This document shows, piece after piece, positions 20,810-31,600 of a DNA stretch of 64,000 bases. The stretch spans positions 256,001 to 320,000 of the forward strand of contig CAWGTN010000002.1 in NCBI GenBank assembly GCA_963825525.1, in the 5' to 3' direction. Under the pieces are notes generated by a model. The model saw only the letters and a program-made list of their open reading frames with translations, was not told the DNA's origin and did not search any database. A program made the translations under genes and the position numbers. Position 1 is the stretch's first letter, and the number at the start of each line of letters is the position of its first letter. Origin of the DNA: an uncultured Chloroflexia bacterium (GTDB lineage Bacteria; Chloroflexota; Limnocylindria; QHBO01).

Positions 20810-22095
20810 CCGATAGCGGCCACAAGCTGGGGGAGGTCCTGCGGACGGCGCGGGAGGCCAAGGGCGCGGACCTCGGTCGCGTGGAGCGCGAGACAAAGAT
20901 CCGGGAGCGATACCTGTCCGCGCTCGAGCGAGGCGAGTACCGGGAGCTGCCGGGTTCGGTCTACACCAAGGGATTCCTCCGCAACTACGCGGCCTACCTC
21001 GGTCTCGACCCGGAGTACCTCATCGACCTGTACCGCCTCGAAACGGCAACGGCCGCGTCCGAGCGAGCTTCCGTGCCGGGACCGCCGCGTCCGATGTCGG
21101 TACGCCGCCGGCGTACGTTCGTCGTCACGCCCGGTGCCGTCGCCGCGGCCATTCTCACCGTCCTGGTCGGCGCATTCGTCGCGTGGCTCGGCTACGAGTT
21201 CGTGAACTTCGCGCGGACGCCCGAGCTCAGGATCATCGAACCGGCCGGCGACGTATCGGCCCATACGGGGTCAACGATCACGGTGCGCGGCGTGACCGCA
21301 CCGAACGCCACGATCACGATCAGCGGGCTTCCCGAGAATCCGACGGCCACGGCGGATGCCAATGGAAACTTTGCCGTCGACCTCCGGCTACTCCCAGGCT
21401 CGAATGAGATTCACCTGGTCGCCCATGATCCGGTCACCCGCCGGCCATCGGAAGAGTTCATCCGGCGAGTGAACGTTATCGGCGCTGCGCCGTCGAGTCC
21501 TCCCGGCGTGGCGGACACCGTGCTGACCAGCCCGGAAGCCGGTTCTACGGTCACCGGGCCGCTGGCGGTGGCCGGAACGACTGCCGGTGGCACCACCGTG
21601 ACGGTAACAGCGACCTTCGTCTCTGCTGCCGAACCGAGCTTTGCCATCGTTGACGCGGCCGGCGACCCGGTCGCCGTGAGTCCACCCGATCCGGGCAACC
21701 CGGAACCATCGACGCTTGACGTCGGCGGCTCGGAGACGTTCAGCACCTCACTGGAGCTCGCCCCCGGAACGTGGGAGGTGGCCGTATCCGCAGAGGGCGG
21801 CACGCCCGTCGTCCGACAGGTGACGATCGAGCCCGGCGCGGGCCTGAGCGGCACCGTTCGGCTCGAGGGCGGAGAGTCGTATCTCGAGCTCGAGGAGGAC
21901 GGGAAACCGGTCGCGGGACGATCGGGCACGATCGTCGCAGCGGGGGAGTCGGTCGGACTCACCGCGCAACGCACCATTCGGATTCGGGCGGGAAACGCCG
22001 GCGCGCTGCGGGTATCGGTGAATGGTCTCGCGCTCGGCCCAATGGGCAATGCCGGCGACGTGGTCGAGTGGCAGATCACGCGCACCGGTGGCTGA
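20806..22095 (+). CDS. rodZ: RodZ-like protein (HTH, one TM, Ig-like spacers, DUF4115-like C-terminus)
   Basis: ETKIRERYLSALE and KGFLRNYAAYLGLD; TM helix; C-terminal IRAGNAG; downstream of ftsK. Confidence 0.8.
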   Translation: MTDSGHKLGEVLRTAREAKGADLGRVERETKIRERYLSALERGEYRELPGSVYTKGFLRNYAAYLGLDPEYLIDLYRLETATAASERASVPGPPRPMSVRRRRTFVVTPGAVAAAILTVLVGAFVAWLGYEFVNFARTPELRIIEPAGDVSAHTGSTITVRGVTAPNATITISGLPENPTATADANGNFAVDLRLLPGSNEIHLVAHDPVTRRPSEEFIRRVNVIGAAPSSPPGVADTVLTSPEAGSTVTGPLAVAGTTAGGTTVTVTATFVSAAEPSFAIVDAAGDPVAVSPPDPGNPEPSTLDVGGSETFSTSLELAPGTWEVAVSAEGGTPVVRQVTIEPGAGLSGTVRLEGGESYLELEEDGKPVAGRSGTIVAAGESVGLTAQRTIRIRAGNAGALRVSVNGLALGPMGNAGDVVEWQITRTGG

Positions 22096-22115
22096 ACAGG
22101 CAAGATAGGGGAGTC

Positions 22116-22607
22116 ATGGCAGCAGATTCGACATTCGACATCGTGAGCGACTTCGACCAGCAGGAGCTGGTGAATGCGCTCGACCAGGCGCGGCGCGAGA
22201 TCGCAACGCGCTACGACTTCAAGGGCAGCAAGGTCTCGTACGAGCTCACCAAGGACGCCATCGTGCTCGTGGCCGACGACGAGTATCGGGCCGGGGCGGC
22301 CAAGGATCTGCTCGAGTCAAAGGCCGTGCGCCGCAACCTCAGCCTGAAGATCTTCGAGTGGGGGAAGGTCGAGCCCGCCGGCGGGAGCACGGTGCGGCAG
22401 GAGATCAAGCTCAAGCGCGGGCTCACCGCCGAGCAGGCGAAGGAGCTCAGCAAGCACGTGCGCGAGGCGTTCCCGAAGACGAAGCCGACCATCCAGGGGG
22501 ATGCCGTGCGCGTGTCGGCGAAGTCCCGCGACGACCTCCAGGCAGTCATCGCCGACCTGAAGGCCCTCGACTATCCGGTGGCGCTCCAGTTCACCAACTA
22601 TCGCTAG
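22116..22607 (+). CDS. yajQ: YajQ family nucleotide-binding protein
   Basis: STFDIVS, RYDFKGS, IQGDAVRV, LQFTNYR. Confidence 0.95.
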   Translation: MAADSTFDIVSDFDQQELVNALDQARREIATRYDFKGSKVSYELTKDAIVLVADDEYRAGAAKDLLESKAVRRNLSLKIFEWGKVEPAGGSTVRQEIKLKRGLTAEQAKELSKHVREAFPKTKPTIQGDAVRVSAKSRDDLQAVIADLKALDYPVALQFTNYR

Positions 22608-22611
22608 CCCG

Positions 22612-23136
22612 ATGCCGCAGGCTCGCCCTCCCACCGACGATGACCTGCTTCGGGCCGCCACGCGTCTCGGGCGCGCGCTGGGGCGCCGAGGTTGGCAGAT
22701 GGCGGGCGCGGAGTCGTGCACCGGTGGCCTGGTGGGCCACACCATCACCCAGGTGCCGCGTTCGAGCGACCACTTTCTGGGTGGCATCGTGAGCTACTCC
22801 GATGCCGTCAAGGAGGATCTCCTCAACGTGCCCGGCGAGCTCCTCGCCACGGTCGGCGCCGTCTCGGCGGAGGTCGCCGAGGCCATGACTGCGGGGACCC
22901 TCGACCGTTTCCCGGCAGCGCGCATGGCAGTCGCGGTCACGGGGATTGCGGGGCCCGATGGCGGAACCCGGGAGAAGCCGGTCGGCCTGACCTACGTTGC
23001 CGCCGCGCTCCGCGACGGCCACGCGGTCGTGGAGCGACACATCTGGCCGCACGACCGAGACGGCAACAAGCGCGCTTCGGCGCTCGCCTGCCTGGAGCTG
23101 GCGGCACGCGTCGCGTCCGGTGGCGCCGCGGCATGA
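22612..23136 (+). CDS. CinA C-terminal / NMN deamidase (PncC-like)
   Basis: AESCTGG and TGIAGPDGG..KPVGL. Confidence 0.9.
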   Translation: MPQARPPTDDDLLRAATRLGRALGRRGWQMAGAESCTGGLVGHTITQVPRSSDHFLGGIVSYSDAVKEDLLNVPGELLATVGAVSAEVAEAMTAGTLDRFPAARMAVAVTGIAGPDGGTREKPVGLTYVAAALRDGHAVVERHIWPHDRDGNKRASALACLELAARVASGGAAA

Positions 23137-24545
23137 TCGAGGCTGGCGAGCGCATCCACGTCATCGGCATCGCCGGCTCGGGAGCCGCGGGAGCGGCCCT
23201 GCTCCTTCGCCACGCCGGGGCCGTCATCGATGGCTGTGACATCGACATCCCGTCGCCCTACACCGCGGCCCTGGACGCCGCAGGCGTTCCCTATGTCGGC
23301 GCTCACGACCCGGCACACTTGGTCGGCGTCGATCGAGTTGCCATCTCCCCGGCCCTCCGTGCCCTGCGCCACCATCCGGAGCTCGCTGAAGCCGAGGCGC
23401 GCGGCATCCCGGTCGTCACCTGGCAGCGGCTGTTGGGAGAGCTTCAGCTGGCTCCGGGGCGGATCGCGCTGGCCGTGACCGGTACGCACGGCAAGTCCAC
23501 GACGACGGCGCTGCTCGGACATCTCCTCATCGGCGCTGGGCTCGATCCAACGGTGGAGGTTGGTGCCCATATCGGCGCCTGGGGAGCGTCGGTTCGCACG
23601 GGCGGCGGCGCCCCGTTCCTCGTGGAGGCTGACGAGTTCGGCGACAACTTCCTCAACTACCATCCGGCCGGCGCCATCGTCACCAACGTCGAGATGGACC
23701 ACCCGGACCATTTCGCGGATCGGGCTGCGGTGCTGGACTCGTTCGAGCGCTTCGTGCGCGGCATGGGGTCGCATCCGGCCCTCAATGGGCGTCGCCTCAT
23801 CATCGCCGCGAATGATCCGGGGGCCGTGGAGCTCGCCAGGCGCCTCGACGGCTGGGACGGGCGCATCATCTCCTACGGACCGGGTGGCAGGATCGCCGCC
23901 TCGAACGTGGTGGCCGACCGCGACGGCACGACGTTCGAGCTCTTCGACCGCTCGTTTCGCATGCACCTGGCCGGCGAGCACAACGTCCTCAACGCCACGG
24001 CGGCGCTGATCATGGCTCGCGCGCTCGGTGCCGATCTTGACGCGCTGGCCGTGGCGCTCGAGACGTTCACGGGAGCCGGACGGCGCATGGAGCTGATCGC
24101 CGATACTGCAGCCGTGACGATCTATGACGACTACGGTCATCACCCGACCGAGGTTCGAGCGGCCCTGGCCGCCGCCCGCCAGAAGGTCGGTCCTGAACGG
24201 CGCCTGTGGGCTGTCTTCGAGCCGCACATGTACTCGCGCACCGCGCTTCTTCTCGACGAGTTCGCTGAAGCGTTCTCGGCCGCCGACGAGGTCGTCATCG
24301 CCGACATCTTCGCCAGCCGCGACAGCCCGGAGGCCATGGCGTCGACCAGCGCCGAACAGCTGGCGGATGCCATCGAGCGCAACTCGGCGGTCCCGGCCAT
24401 CGCAACCGGTGACGTCGACGCAACGACAACGTATGTTGCCGAGCACCTCGGGACGGGGGATGCCGTGCTGGTCATGGGGGCCGGCAAGTCGTATCAAATC
24501 GCCCGCGGCCTCGCCGATCGGGCGGGAAGGGATGCGGGAGCATGA
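23133..24545 (+). CDS. murC: UDP-N-acetylmuramate-L-alanine ligase (MurC-like)
   Basis: GTHGKSTTT, VEADE, DHPD, DDYGHHPTE, VMGAG. Confidence 0.88.
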   Translation: MIEAGERIHVIGIAGSGAAGAALLLRHAGAVIDGCDIDIPSPYTAALDAAGVPYVGAHDPAHLVGVDRVAISPALRALRHHPELAEAEARGIPVVTWQRLLGELQLAPGRIALAVTGTHGKSTTTALLGHLLIGAGLDPTVEVGAHIGAWGASVRTGGGAPFLVEADEFGDNFLNYHPAGAIVTNVEMDHPDHFADRAAVLDSFERFVRGMGSHPALNGRRLIIAANDPGAVELARRLDGWDGRIISYGPGGRIAASNVVADRDGTTFELFDRSFRMHLAGEHNVLNATAALIMARALGADLDALAVALETFTGAGRRMELIADTAAVTIYDDYGHHPTEVRAALAAARQKVGPERRLWAVFEPHMYSRTALLLDEFAEAFSAADEVVIADIFASRDSPEAMASTSAEQLADAIERNSAVPAIATGDVDATTTYVAEHLGTGDAVLVMGAGKSYQIARGLADRAGRDAGA

Positions 24546-24919
24546 TCGGGGCCCGATCGGCCGTCCTCGGGGCGATCCTGGCGGTTGCCGTGGCGATCGC
24601 CTACCAGGGTGTGGTCGGACTGGTGGACGCGTCCGGCGCGCGTGACCAGCCGGCGCTCATCCTCATCCTGCTCCTCGCAGCGTTTCTCGGCGTGCTGACT
24701 GCCGTCGCGACCCGCACGCTCCAGCTTCCGGGTGCGACTGCACCCACCGTGCTCGTGCTCGGATGGACATTGGTTCCGGTCGTGCTGGGGGCGATTCCCA
24801 GCGCGGCGACCGCCCTGTTCGCGGGTGACGCGGCGCTCAGCCAGGGCCAGGCAATGGCCCTCGCCACCGCCACGGTGGCCGCCGCAGTCACGCTCGGGGT
24901 GCCCGCGGAGCGGCGATGA
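24542..24919 (+). CDS. Hypothetical membrane protein (about 4 TM)
   Basis: Hydrophobic ORF with ATGA overlap to the murC stop. Confidence 0.7.
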   Translation: MIGARSAVLGAILAVAVAIAYQGVVGLVDASGARDQPALILILLLAAFLGVLTAVATRTLQLPGATAPTVLVLGWTLVPVVLGAIPSAATALFAGDAALSQGQAMALATATVAAAVTLGVPAERR

Positions 24920-25563
24920 GTGAGGGGAGGACGCGCTCCTCGACGAGCAGTCGCGTACTACCGAGCGCGAGCCCCCGAATACGATCGCACCTCGACCGCC
25001 GACGGAGATCCGTTCGCCGAGGCGACAGCGCAGGTTCGCGCTGAGGCCGCGCAGCGGCACCGTTCGGCAGGGTCCTGGAGCTTGCCGCCGGCATGGGTCA
25101 ATGGACCTCGCTCCTGGCCGAGCTTTCCGACGAGCTGACGCATCACCGACGCCTCGCCCGGAGATGCTCGAGATCAATCCCGTGGCACGCCGGGCCGGCA
25201 CCACGCGCCGAGGTCGTTGATGCCTTCCGCCTGGCGCGATCGGGCGATAAAGGACGTCGTGTTCTTCGGCTTCTTCCTCTAGCACGTGCCGCTCGCGATA
25301 AGGTTCGACCGCTTCTGGAGCGGACTCGAAGGCGTCCTAACGCCGGGAACGGGCGGGTGATCTTCGTCGACGAGGGCGATCACGGACTGTGGGACGAAGC
25401 GTGGATCGATCGGGAGCGCGAGATCGTGCAGCGCACGCTGGATGACGGCAGCCTGCACCGCGCGTGAAGGTCCTGTGGCGCACCGATGATCTGCGGCGGC
25501 GGCTGGCAACTGGGTGGGAATATGGTGGAGGGCGTACGTTCTACGGGGTATCGCCACAGGTAG
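24916..25563 (+). pseudogene. Class I SAM-dependent methyltransferase, multiply frameshifted
   Basis: Fragments in alternating frames: AYYRARAPEYD, VLELAAGMGQWT, DVVFFGFFL, FDRFW, GRVIFVDE, VKVLWR. Confidence 0.75.
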
Positions 25564-25592
25564 TTGCATCCGCAACCATCGGCGAGTATCCT
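25563..25592 (+). promoter_or_regulatory. Promoter TTGCAT-17-TATCCT with overlapping inverted repeat GTTGC-N4-GCAAC
   Basis: -35 at 25564-25569, -10 at 25587-25592, ATG 6 nt later; palindrome 25563-25576. Confidence 0.6.
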
Positions 25593-25598
25593 GCATTC

Positions 25599-26603
25599 AT
25601 GCCTGCCATCACCGTCGACGACATTTCGATCCTTCCCCGCATTCCCAACCCCGATCCAGCGATCAGCAGCGAACGCCCGGTCGTCGGGATCACCAGCGCC
25701 CCCAGGGGTTTCGAGGGTGAGGGATTTCCCGTCCGCCGCGCCTTTCACGGCGTCGACCTGGCGTCCCTCGACCCGTTCATCCATCTCGATCAGATGGGGG
25801 AGGTCGAATACGCCCCCGGCGAGCCGAAGGGCACGCCGTGGCACCCGCACCGTGGCTTCGAGACCGTCACCTACATGATGGACGGCACGTTCGAGCACAG
25901 CGACTCGAATGGTGGTGGGGGAGTGATCACCAACGGCGACACCCAGTGGATGACGGCGGGAGCCGGGATTCTCCACATCGAGAAGCCACCGGAGGCGCTC
26001 GTGGTGAGCGGCGGCCTCTTCCATGGCGTTCAGCTGTGGGTCAACCTGCCGCGAGCCCAGAAGTGGGCGCCGCCGCGCTACCAGGACATCCGGGCCGGCG
26101 AGGTCGGACTTCTCGCCTCGAACGACGGCGGAGCTCTTGTCCGGGTCATCGCCGGAGAGCTGGCGGGCCACACCGGGCCGGGATCGACCTATACGCCGAT
26201 GACGCTCGTTCACGCCACGCTCAGCCCCGAGGCGCAGGTCACGCTGCCCTGGCGTGCCGACTACAACGCCCTGGTCTACGTCCTTGCCGGTCACGGCACG
26301 GTCGGGCCGACCCGAGTCCCCATCCAGACGGGGCAGCTCGCGGTGATGGGCCCCGGCGCCATGCTCCGCGTTGCGGCCTCGACGGTCCAGGAGAGCCGCA
26401 GTCCGACGCTGGATGTCCTCGTGCTCGGGGGCCGGCCGATCCGCGAGCCGGTTGCCTGGTCGGGCCCCTTCGTCATGAACACGCGGGACGAAGTGATGCA
26501 GGCGTTCAAGGACTACCAGGCGGGTCGTCTCGGCACAATTCCCGCGGTCCACGGCGCACCAACCGGTCTCGTGGAGTCGCCAGCGCCCTCCACCCCGACC
26601 TGA
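25599..26603 (+). CDS. Pirin family protein
   Basis: DPFIHLD, WHPHRGFETVTY, QWMTAGAGILHIE, QLWVNLP, GPFVMN. Confidence 0.95.
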   Translation: MPAITVDDISILPRIPNPDPAISSERPVVGITSAPRGFEGEGFPVRRAFHGVDLASLDPFIHLDQMGEVEYAPGEPKGTPWHPHRGFETVTYMMDGTFEHSDSNGGGGVITNGDTQWMTAGAGILHIEKPPEALVVSGGLFHGVQLWVNLPRAQKWAPPRYQDIRAGEVGLLASNDGGALVRVIAGELAGHTGPGSTYTPMTLVHATLSPEAQVTLPWRADYNALVYVLAGHGTVGPTRVPIQTGQLAVMGPGAMLRVAASTVQESRSPTLDVLVLGGRPIREPVAWSGPFVMNTRDEVMQAFKDYQAGRLGTIPAVHGAPTGLVESPAPSTPT

Positions 26604-26715
26604 GTTCGCGCGTACGATCGAACCATGCCAGGGAGGCGACGCGAGGAGTAGGCTGCGGGGACCTTCTCACCTCGGAGCACGCGTCCTGTCCCCGTTTCGC
26701 GCCTTTAATCGGATC

Positions 26716-28642
26716 ATGGCGGCGATCCTCAGCTTGGCATGGATCATTGGCCCGGCCGCCTCGCCGGTTGCCGCCTTCCCCTCGTACGACGCCGGCTACC
26801 ACACCTACGAGGAGCTGACGGACCGCATCCACGCCATCGAGCGCGCGTACCCGAACCTGGTGAAGATCTCGTCGATCGGGCGCAGCCATCAGGGCCGTGA
26901 GCTGTGGGTGGCGAAGGTGAGCGACAACCCAGGGAGTGACGAAGCGGAGCCCGAAGTGCTGCTCGACGGAGGCCATCACGGTCGCGAGCACCTGAGCGTC
27001 GAGATGGCGCTCTCCGTCCTGGAGCACCTGACGTCAACCTACGCGGGCAGCGAGAGCACGCGACGACGCGTCGATGGCACCGAGACCTGGGTCCTGTTCA
27101 ACCTGAACCCGGACGGCACGACGTTCGACGGCGGGGGATCGACGTACCGCGACTGGCGCAAGAATCGACAACCGAATGCGGGAACCACGGCGATCGGGAC
27201 GGACCTCAACCGCAACTACGGCTGGAAGTGGGGCTGCTGCGGGGGATCCAGCGGCTCGGCCACGAGCGAGAACTACCGCGGGCCGCGCCCATGGTCCGCA
27301 CCCGAGGTCGCGGCGCTCAAGAAGTTCGTCGACGGGCGGGTCATCGGCGGCCGGCAGCAGATCCGCATCCACCTCTCGTTCCACTCGTACGGTCGCGTCG
27401 TGGTCTGGCCGTGGGCTCACACCTCGGCCGGCGTCCCGGACGCCGACGACCGCGCGACGCTCGCCGCCATCGGCAACGAGATGGCACGGCTGGCTGGGTA
27501 TCGCGGCATGCAATCGAACGCCCTGTATCCGACCGATGGCGACCAGATCGACTGGATGTACGGTGCGCATCGCATCTTCAGCTACACGGTCGAGCTCGCC
27601 GACCGTCGCTATCCGCCGGACGAGATGATCCCAACCGAGACTGCCGCGAGCGATGCCGGCGGTCCTGTACGCGCTGGACAACGCCGCCTGTCCGTGGAGC
27701 TCGATCAGCAGGGGCTCGGTGCACTGTCCGCCGGCCTGGGTGACACGCCTCGCTGGCTCGGATCGCTATGCGACCGCAGCAGCGATCTCGCGAGCGACCT
27801 TTGACCCCGGGATCGCCGTTGCCTACGTGGCGACCGGGACGAACTATCCCGACGCACTCGCCGGCGGGGCCGCGGCGGCCAGGGATGGAGGGCCGGTGCT
27901 GCTGACCCAGCCCACGGTCCTGCCCGGCGCCACGGCGACGGAGCTCACCCGATTGGCGCCGCGGCGCATCGTTGTCCTCGGAGGCCCGTCCGTGATCTCG
28001 GACGCCGTCAAGACCCGGTTGGAAGGCTACACGTCGGGGTCCGTGGTACGCGTTGCCGGCGCGGACCGCTACGCGACCGCTTCCGCGATCTCCGCCGCCG
28101 GCACGCCACGCGGGATCTCGGTGGCGTACGTCGCCACCGGAACCAACTATCCGGACGCCCTGGCCGCCATTCCACTCGCAGCTCGGACGGCGAGCCCGCT
28201 GCTCCTTACCTCCCCGAACAGCCTGCCCTACGCGACCGCACGCGAGCTCGACCGGATACGTCCGGGACGCATCGTGGTCCTCGGTGGCCCGTCGGTGGTC
28301 TCTGATGGCGTCATGGCCCGTCTGGAAACGTACACGAGCGGCACGGTGACCCGCATTGCCGGAGCAGATCGATTTGCCACGGCGGCCGCCATTGCCGGGC
28401 CATTCCCCGCCGGCCTCGCCTCGGTCTACCTGGCCACCGGGACCTCATTTGCCGATGCGCTGGCCGGCGGCCCGGCAGCCGCGACCCACAACGTGCCCAT
28501 GCTGCTCGCCACCCCGACAAGCCTGCCGGCGCCGACCAGGGGCCAGCTCGGCCGGATCATGCCGCGAACATTGACGATACTCGGTGGACTTGGCGTGCTG
28601 AGCGACGAGGTAGCTGCATCGGCGGCCAAGGCGGCGCGCTGA
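26716..28642 (+). CDS. Secreted M14 zinc carboxypeptidase plus three cell-wall-binding-2 repeats; apparent +1 frameshift near 27645
   Basis: Signal-peptide-like start, HGREH, DLNRN, FHSY, YTVEL; second frame has three RxAGxDR(Y/F)AT...DALA repeats. Confidence 0.82.
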
Positions 28643-28697
28643 GCGCCGCCCGACGCCGGTCGAATATCTCTCGACGGGGACTCGTGCTTCGCGCACA

Positions 28698-31600
28698 ATG
28701 GCCGCCGCACGCGCACCTCACAGGGCTCGTGATCTGCAGGAGGGTCGTTCCATAGCCGCCACCGGGAAGAAGTTCCCATCGGAGTCCGTCGGTGACGACA
28801 TCGCCGCGGCCCGACGACGGATTGACGAGCTGGAGGCGCAACTCGTCGAGACCGAGTCCGGCGAGCGAATCCAGGCGGCGCTGTTCCGCATCGCCGAGAC
28901 CGCCAGCGCGGCCCAGGACATGCCGTCGTTCTATGCGGCGATTCACGGAATCGTCCGCGAGCTGATGTACGCCGACAACTTCTACATCGCCCTGTACGAC
29001 GACCGTCGCGACCTGATCAACTTCGCGTTCTATCGCGATGAGGTCGACCTCGACGTTCCGGACCCCAACCTCTGGGAGCCGCTCGGGTCGGGCGAGGCGG
29101 CTGGGTTGACCGCCTACCTCCTGCGGACTGCGAAACCGATGCTGCTGGATCGTGCCGAATACCAACAGATCGTGGCCCGCGGGGAAGCCGAAATGGTGGG
29201 CGTCGTCGGGGTTGACTGGATGGGCGTCCCGCTGACGTCCGACGGACGGACCATCGGCGCGGTGGTGACGCAGAGCTATCGCGATGAGATACGCCACACC
29301 CCCCGCGACCTAGAGCTGCTCACGTTCGTCGTGCAGCACATCGGGACCGCGCTGACACGGGCGAGGGCCATCGAGGAAACGCGGCAGCGCAACGCCGAGC
29401 TCGCGATCGTGAACGAGGTCGGCCAAGCACTTGCCAAGCAGCTCGACTTTGACGGCATCCTCGAGGCGGTGGGTGCGCGGACGGCACAGGCCCTGAATGT
29501 CGACGGCCTATCCATCGCGATCCACGACCGCGAGGCCGACGTCACGAGGTTCCTCTACTGGATCGATGGCGGCGAACGACGCCGCGACATGGAGGGCAAG
29601 GTCCTCGGCGATCCACTGACCGCCGAGATCCTCCGCTCCGGCCGTCCGCTGCGCATCAAGAGTGCGGCCGAGGCCGTCGAGATCGGAATGCCGTTCAAGG
29701 TCGAAGGCACCGAGTCGTACCTGGGGGCCCCCATTCCGGCCGCGGTTCGCCCCATCGGGGTGATCGCGATGGGCACACGGGAGCCGAATGCCTACACGGA
29801 GGCCGATGAGCGGCTGCTGACGACGTTCGCGACGGCGATGGGCCAGGCGCTCGAGAACGCTCGGCTCTTCGAGGAAACTAAACGACTCCTCGCTGAGACG
29901 GACGAGCGCGCGGCGGAGCTGGCGATCATCAACAGCGTCCAGGAGGGTCTCGCCCAGAATCTCGAGATGCAGGCGATGTACGACCTCGTCGGCGACAAGA
30001 TCCGCGACATCTTCGATGCCGAGGTCCTGGATATCGGCATCATCGACGCCGAGGCAGGCGTCATGCGATTCCCCTACACCATCGAGCGCGGGGTGCGCTT
30101 TCCCGACCAGCCGACCCCCATCGGCAGCGGCGCGATCGGCGCCCAACTCCTGGAGAAGCGAGAGCCGCTCCTGATCCGCGACTTCGACGCCTGGCTCCAG
30201 GAACAGTCGCTTCCGGCCGTTGTCCAGGGTGAACGGCCGAAATCGGCGCTCTTCGTCCCGCTCATGGGTGGCGGCAACGTGCGAGGGCGGATTTCGCTCC
30301 AGAACCTCGACCGCACGGACGCCTTTTCAGAGCGCGACATGCGCCTGCTGTCGACGCTCGCGTCAAGCCTGAGCGTGGCGCTCGAGAACGCTCGCCTGTT
30401 CGACCAGACGAAGCGCCTCCTCACTGAGACGGACGAGCGGGCGGCCGAGCTCGCGATCATCAACAGCGTGCAGCGCGGCCTGGCCGAGAACCTCGACATG
30501 GATGCCATGTACGAGCTGGTGGGGGAGAAGATCCGCGAGATCTTTGATGCCCAGGTGCTGGACATAGGCATCATGGAGCCCGAAACCGACACAATGCACT
30601 ACCCGTACTCGATCGAGCGCGGGGTGCGCTTCCCCGACGAGCCGTCGAGTATCAGCGCTTCGCCCCTGGCGCAGAAGATCATTCGCGACCGGACCCCGGT
30701 CCGTATCGACGACGTGGAGCAATGGATGCGAGAGCATGGAGACATGCCCGTCCTGCAGGGCGAACCGGCGCTGTCGCTGCTCGTGGCTCCGCTCATCGGT
30801 GGGGGAGAGGTCCGTGGAAGAATCTCCCTCCAGAACCTCGATCGCAAGGCCGCGTTCACCGAATCCGACGAGCGGCTGCTCTGGACGCTGGCATCGAGCC
30901 TGAGCGTGGCGCTCGAGAACGCACGGCTGTTCGACGAGACGAAGCGGCTGCTGGTCGAAACGGACGAGCGCGCCGCGGAGCTTGCCATCATCAACAGCGT
31001 CCAGGAGGGCCTTGCGCAGAACCTCGAGATGCAGGCGATGTACGAGCTCGTCGGCGACAAGATTCGCGAGATCTTTGACGCCCAGGTCGTCGACATCGGC
31101 ATCATCGACCACGACGCGGGCCTCGTGCGCTATCCCTACACGATTGAGCGTGGTGAGCGCCTCCCAGACGATCCCACGCCGATCGACGCATCGCCGCTGA
31201 CCAGCGAGGTCATCCGTACACGGCAGGTCATCCATGTCAACGATGTTCGCGCCTGGGAGCAGAGCATGAAGTTGACCCCGACCGTCCAGGGCGAGCCGGC
31301 CAAGGCGCTGCTCATCGCGCCGCTCATCTCCGGCGGTGAGGTCCGGGGCCGTATCTCGCTCCAGAACCTGGATCGCGCGGATGCATTCGGCGATGGTGAC
31401 ATCCGCTTGATCACCACGCTGGCCGCCAGCCTGAGCGTTGCGCTCGAGAACGCCCGCCTGTTCGACGAGACGAAGCGCCGTGCCGGAGAGCTCGCCATCG
31501 TGAACAGCATTCAGCGCGGCCTCGCGTCGGAGCTCGACATCCAGGCGATGTACGAGCTGGTGGGGGAGCGGGCGAGCGACGTGTTCGACACCCACGTCGT

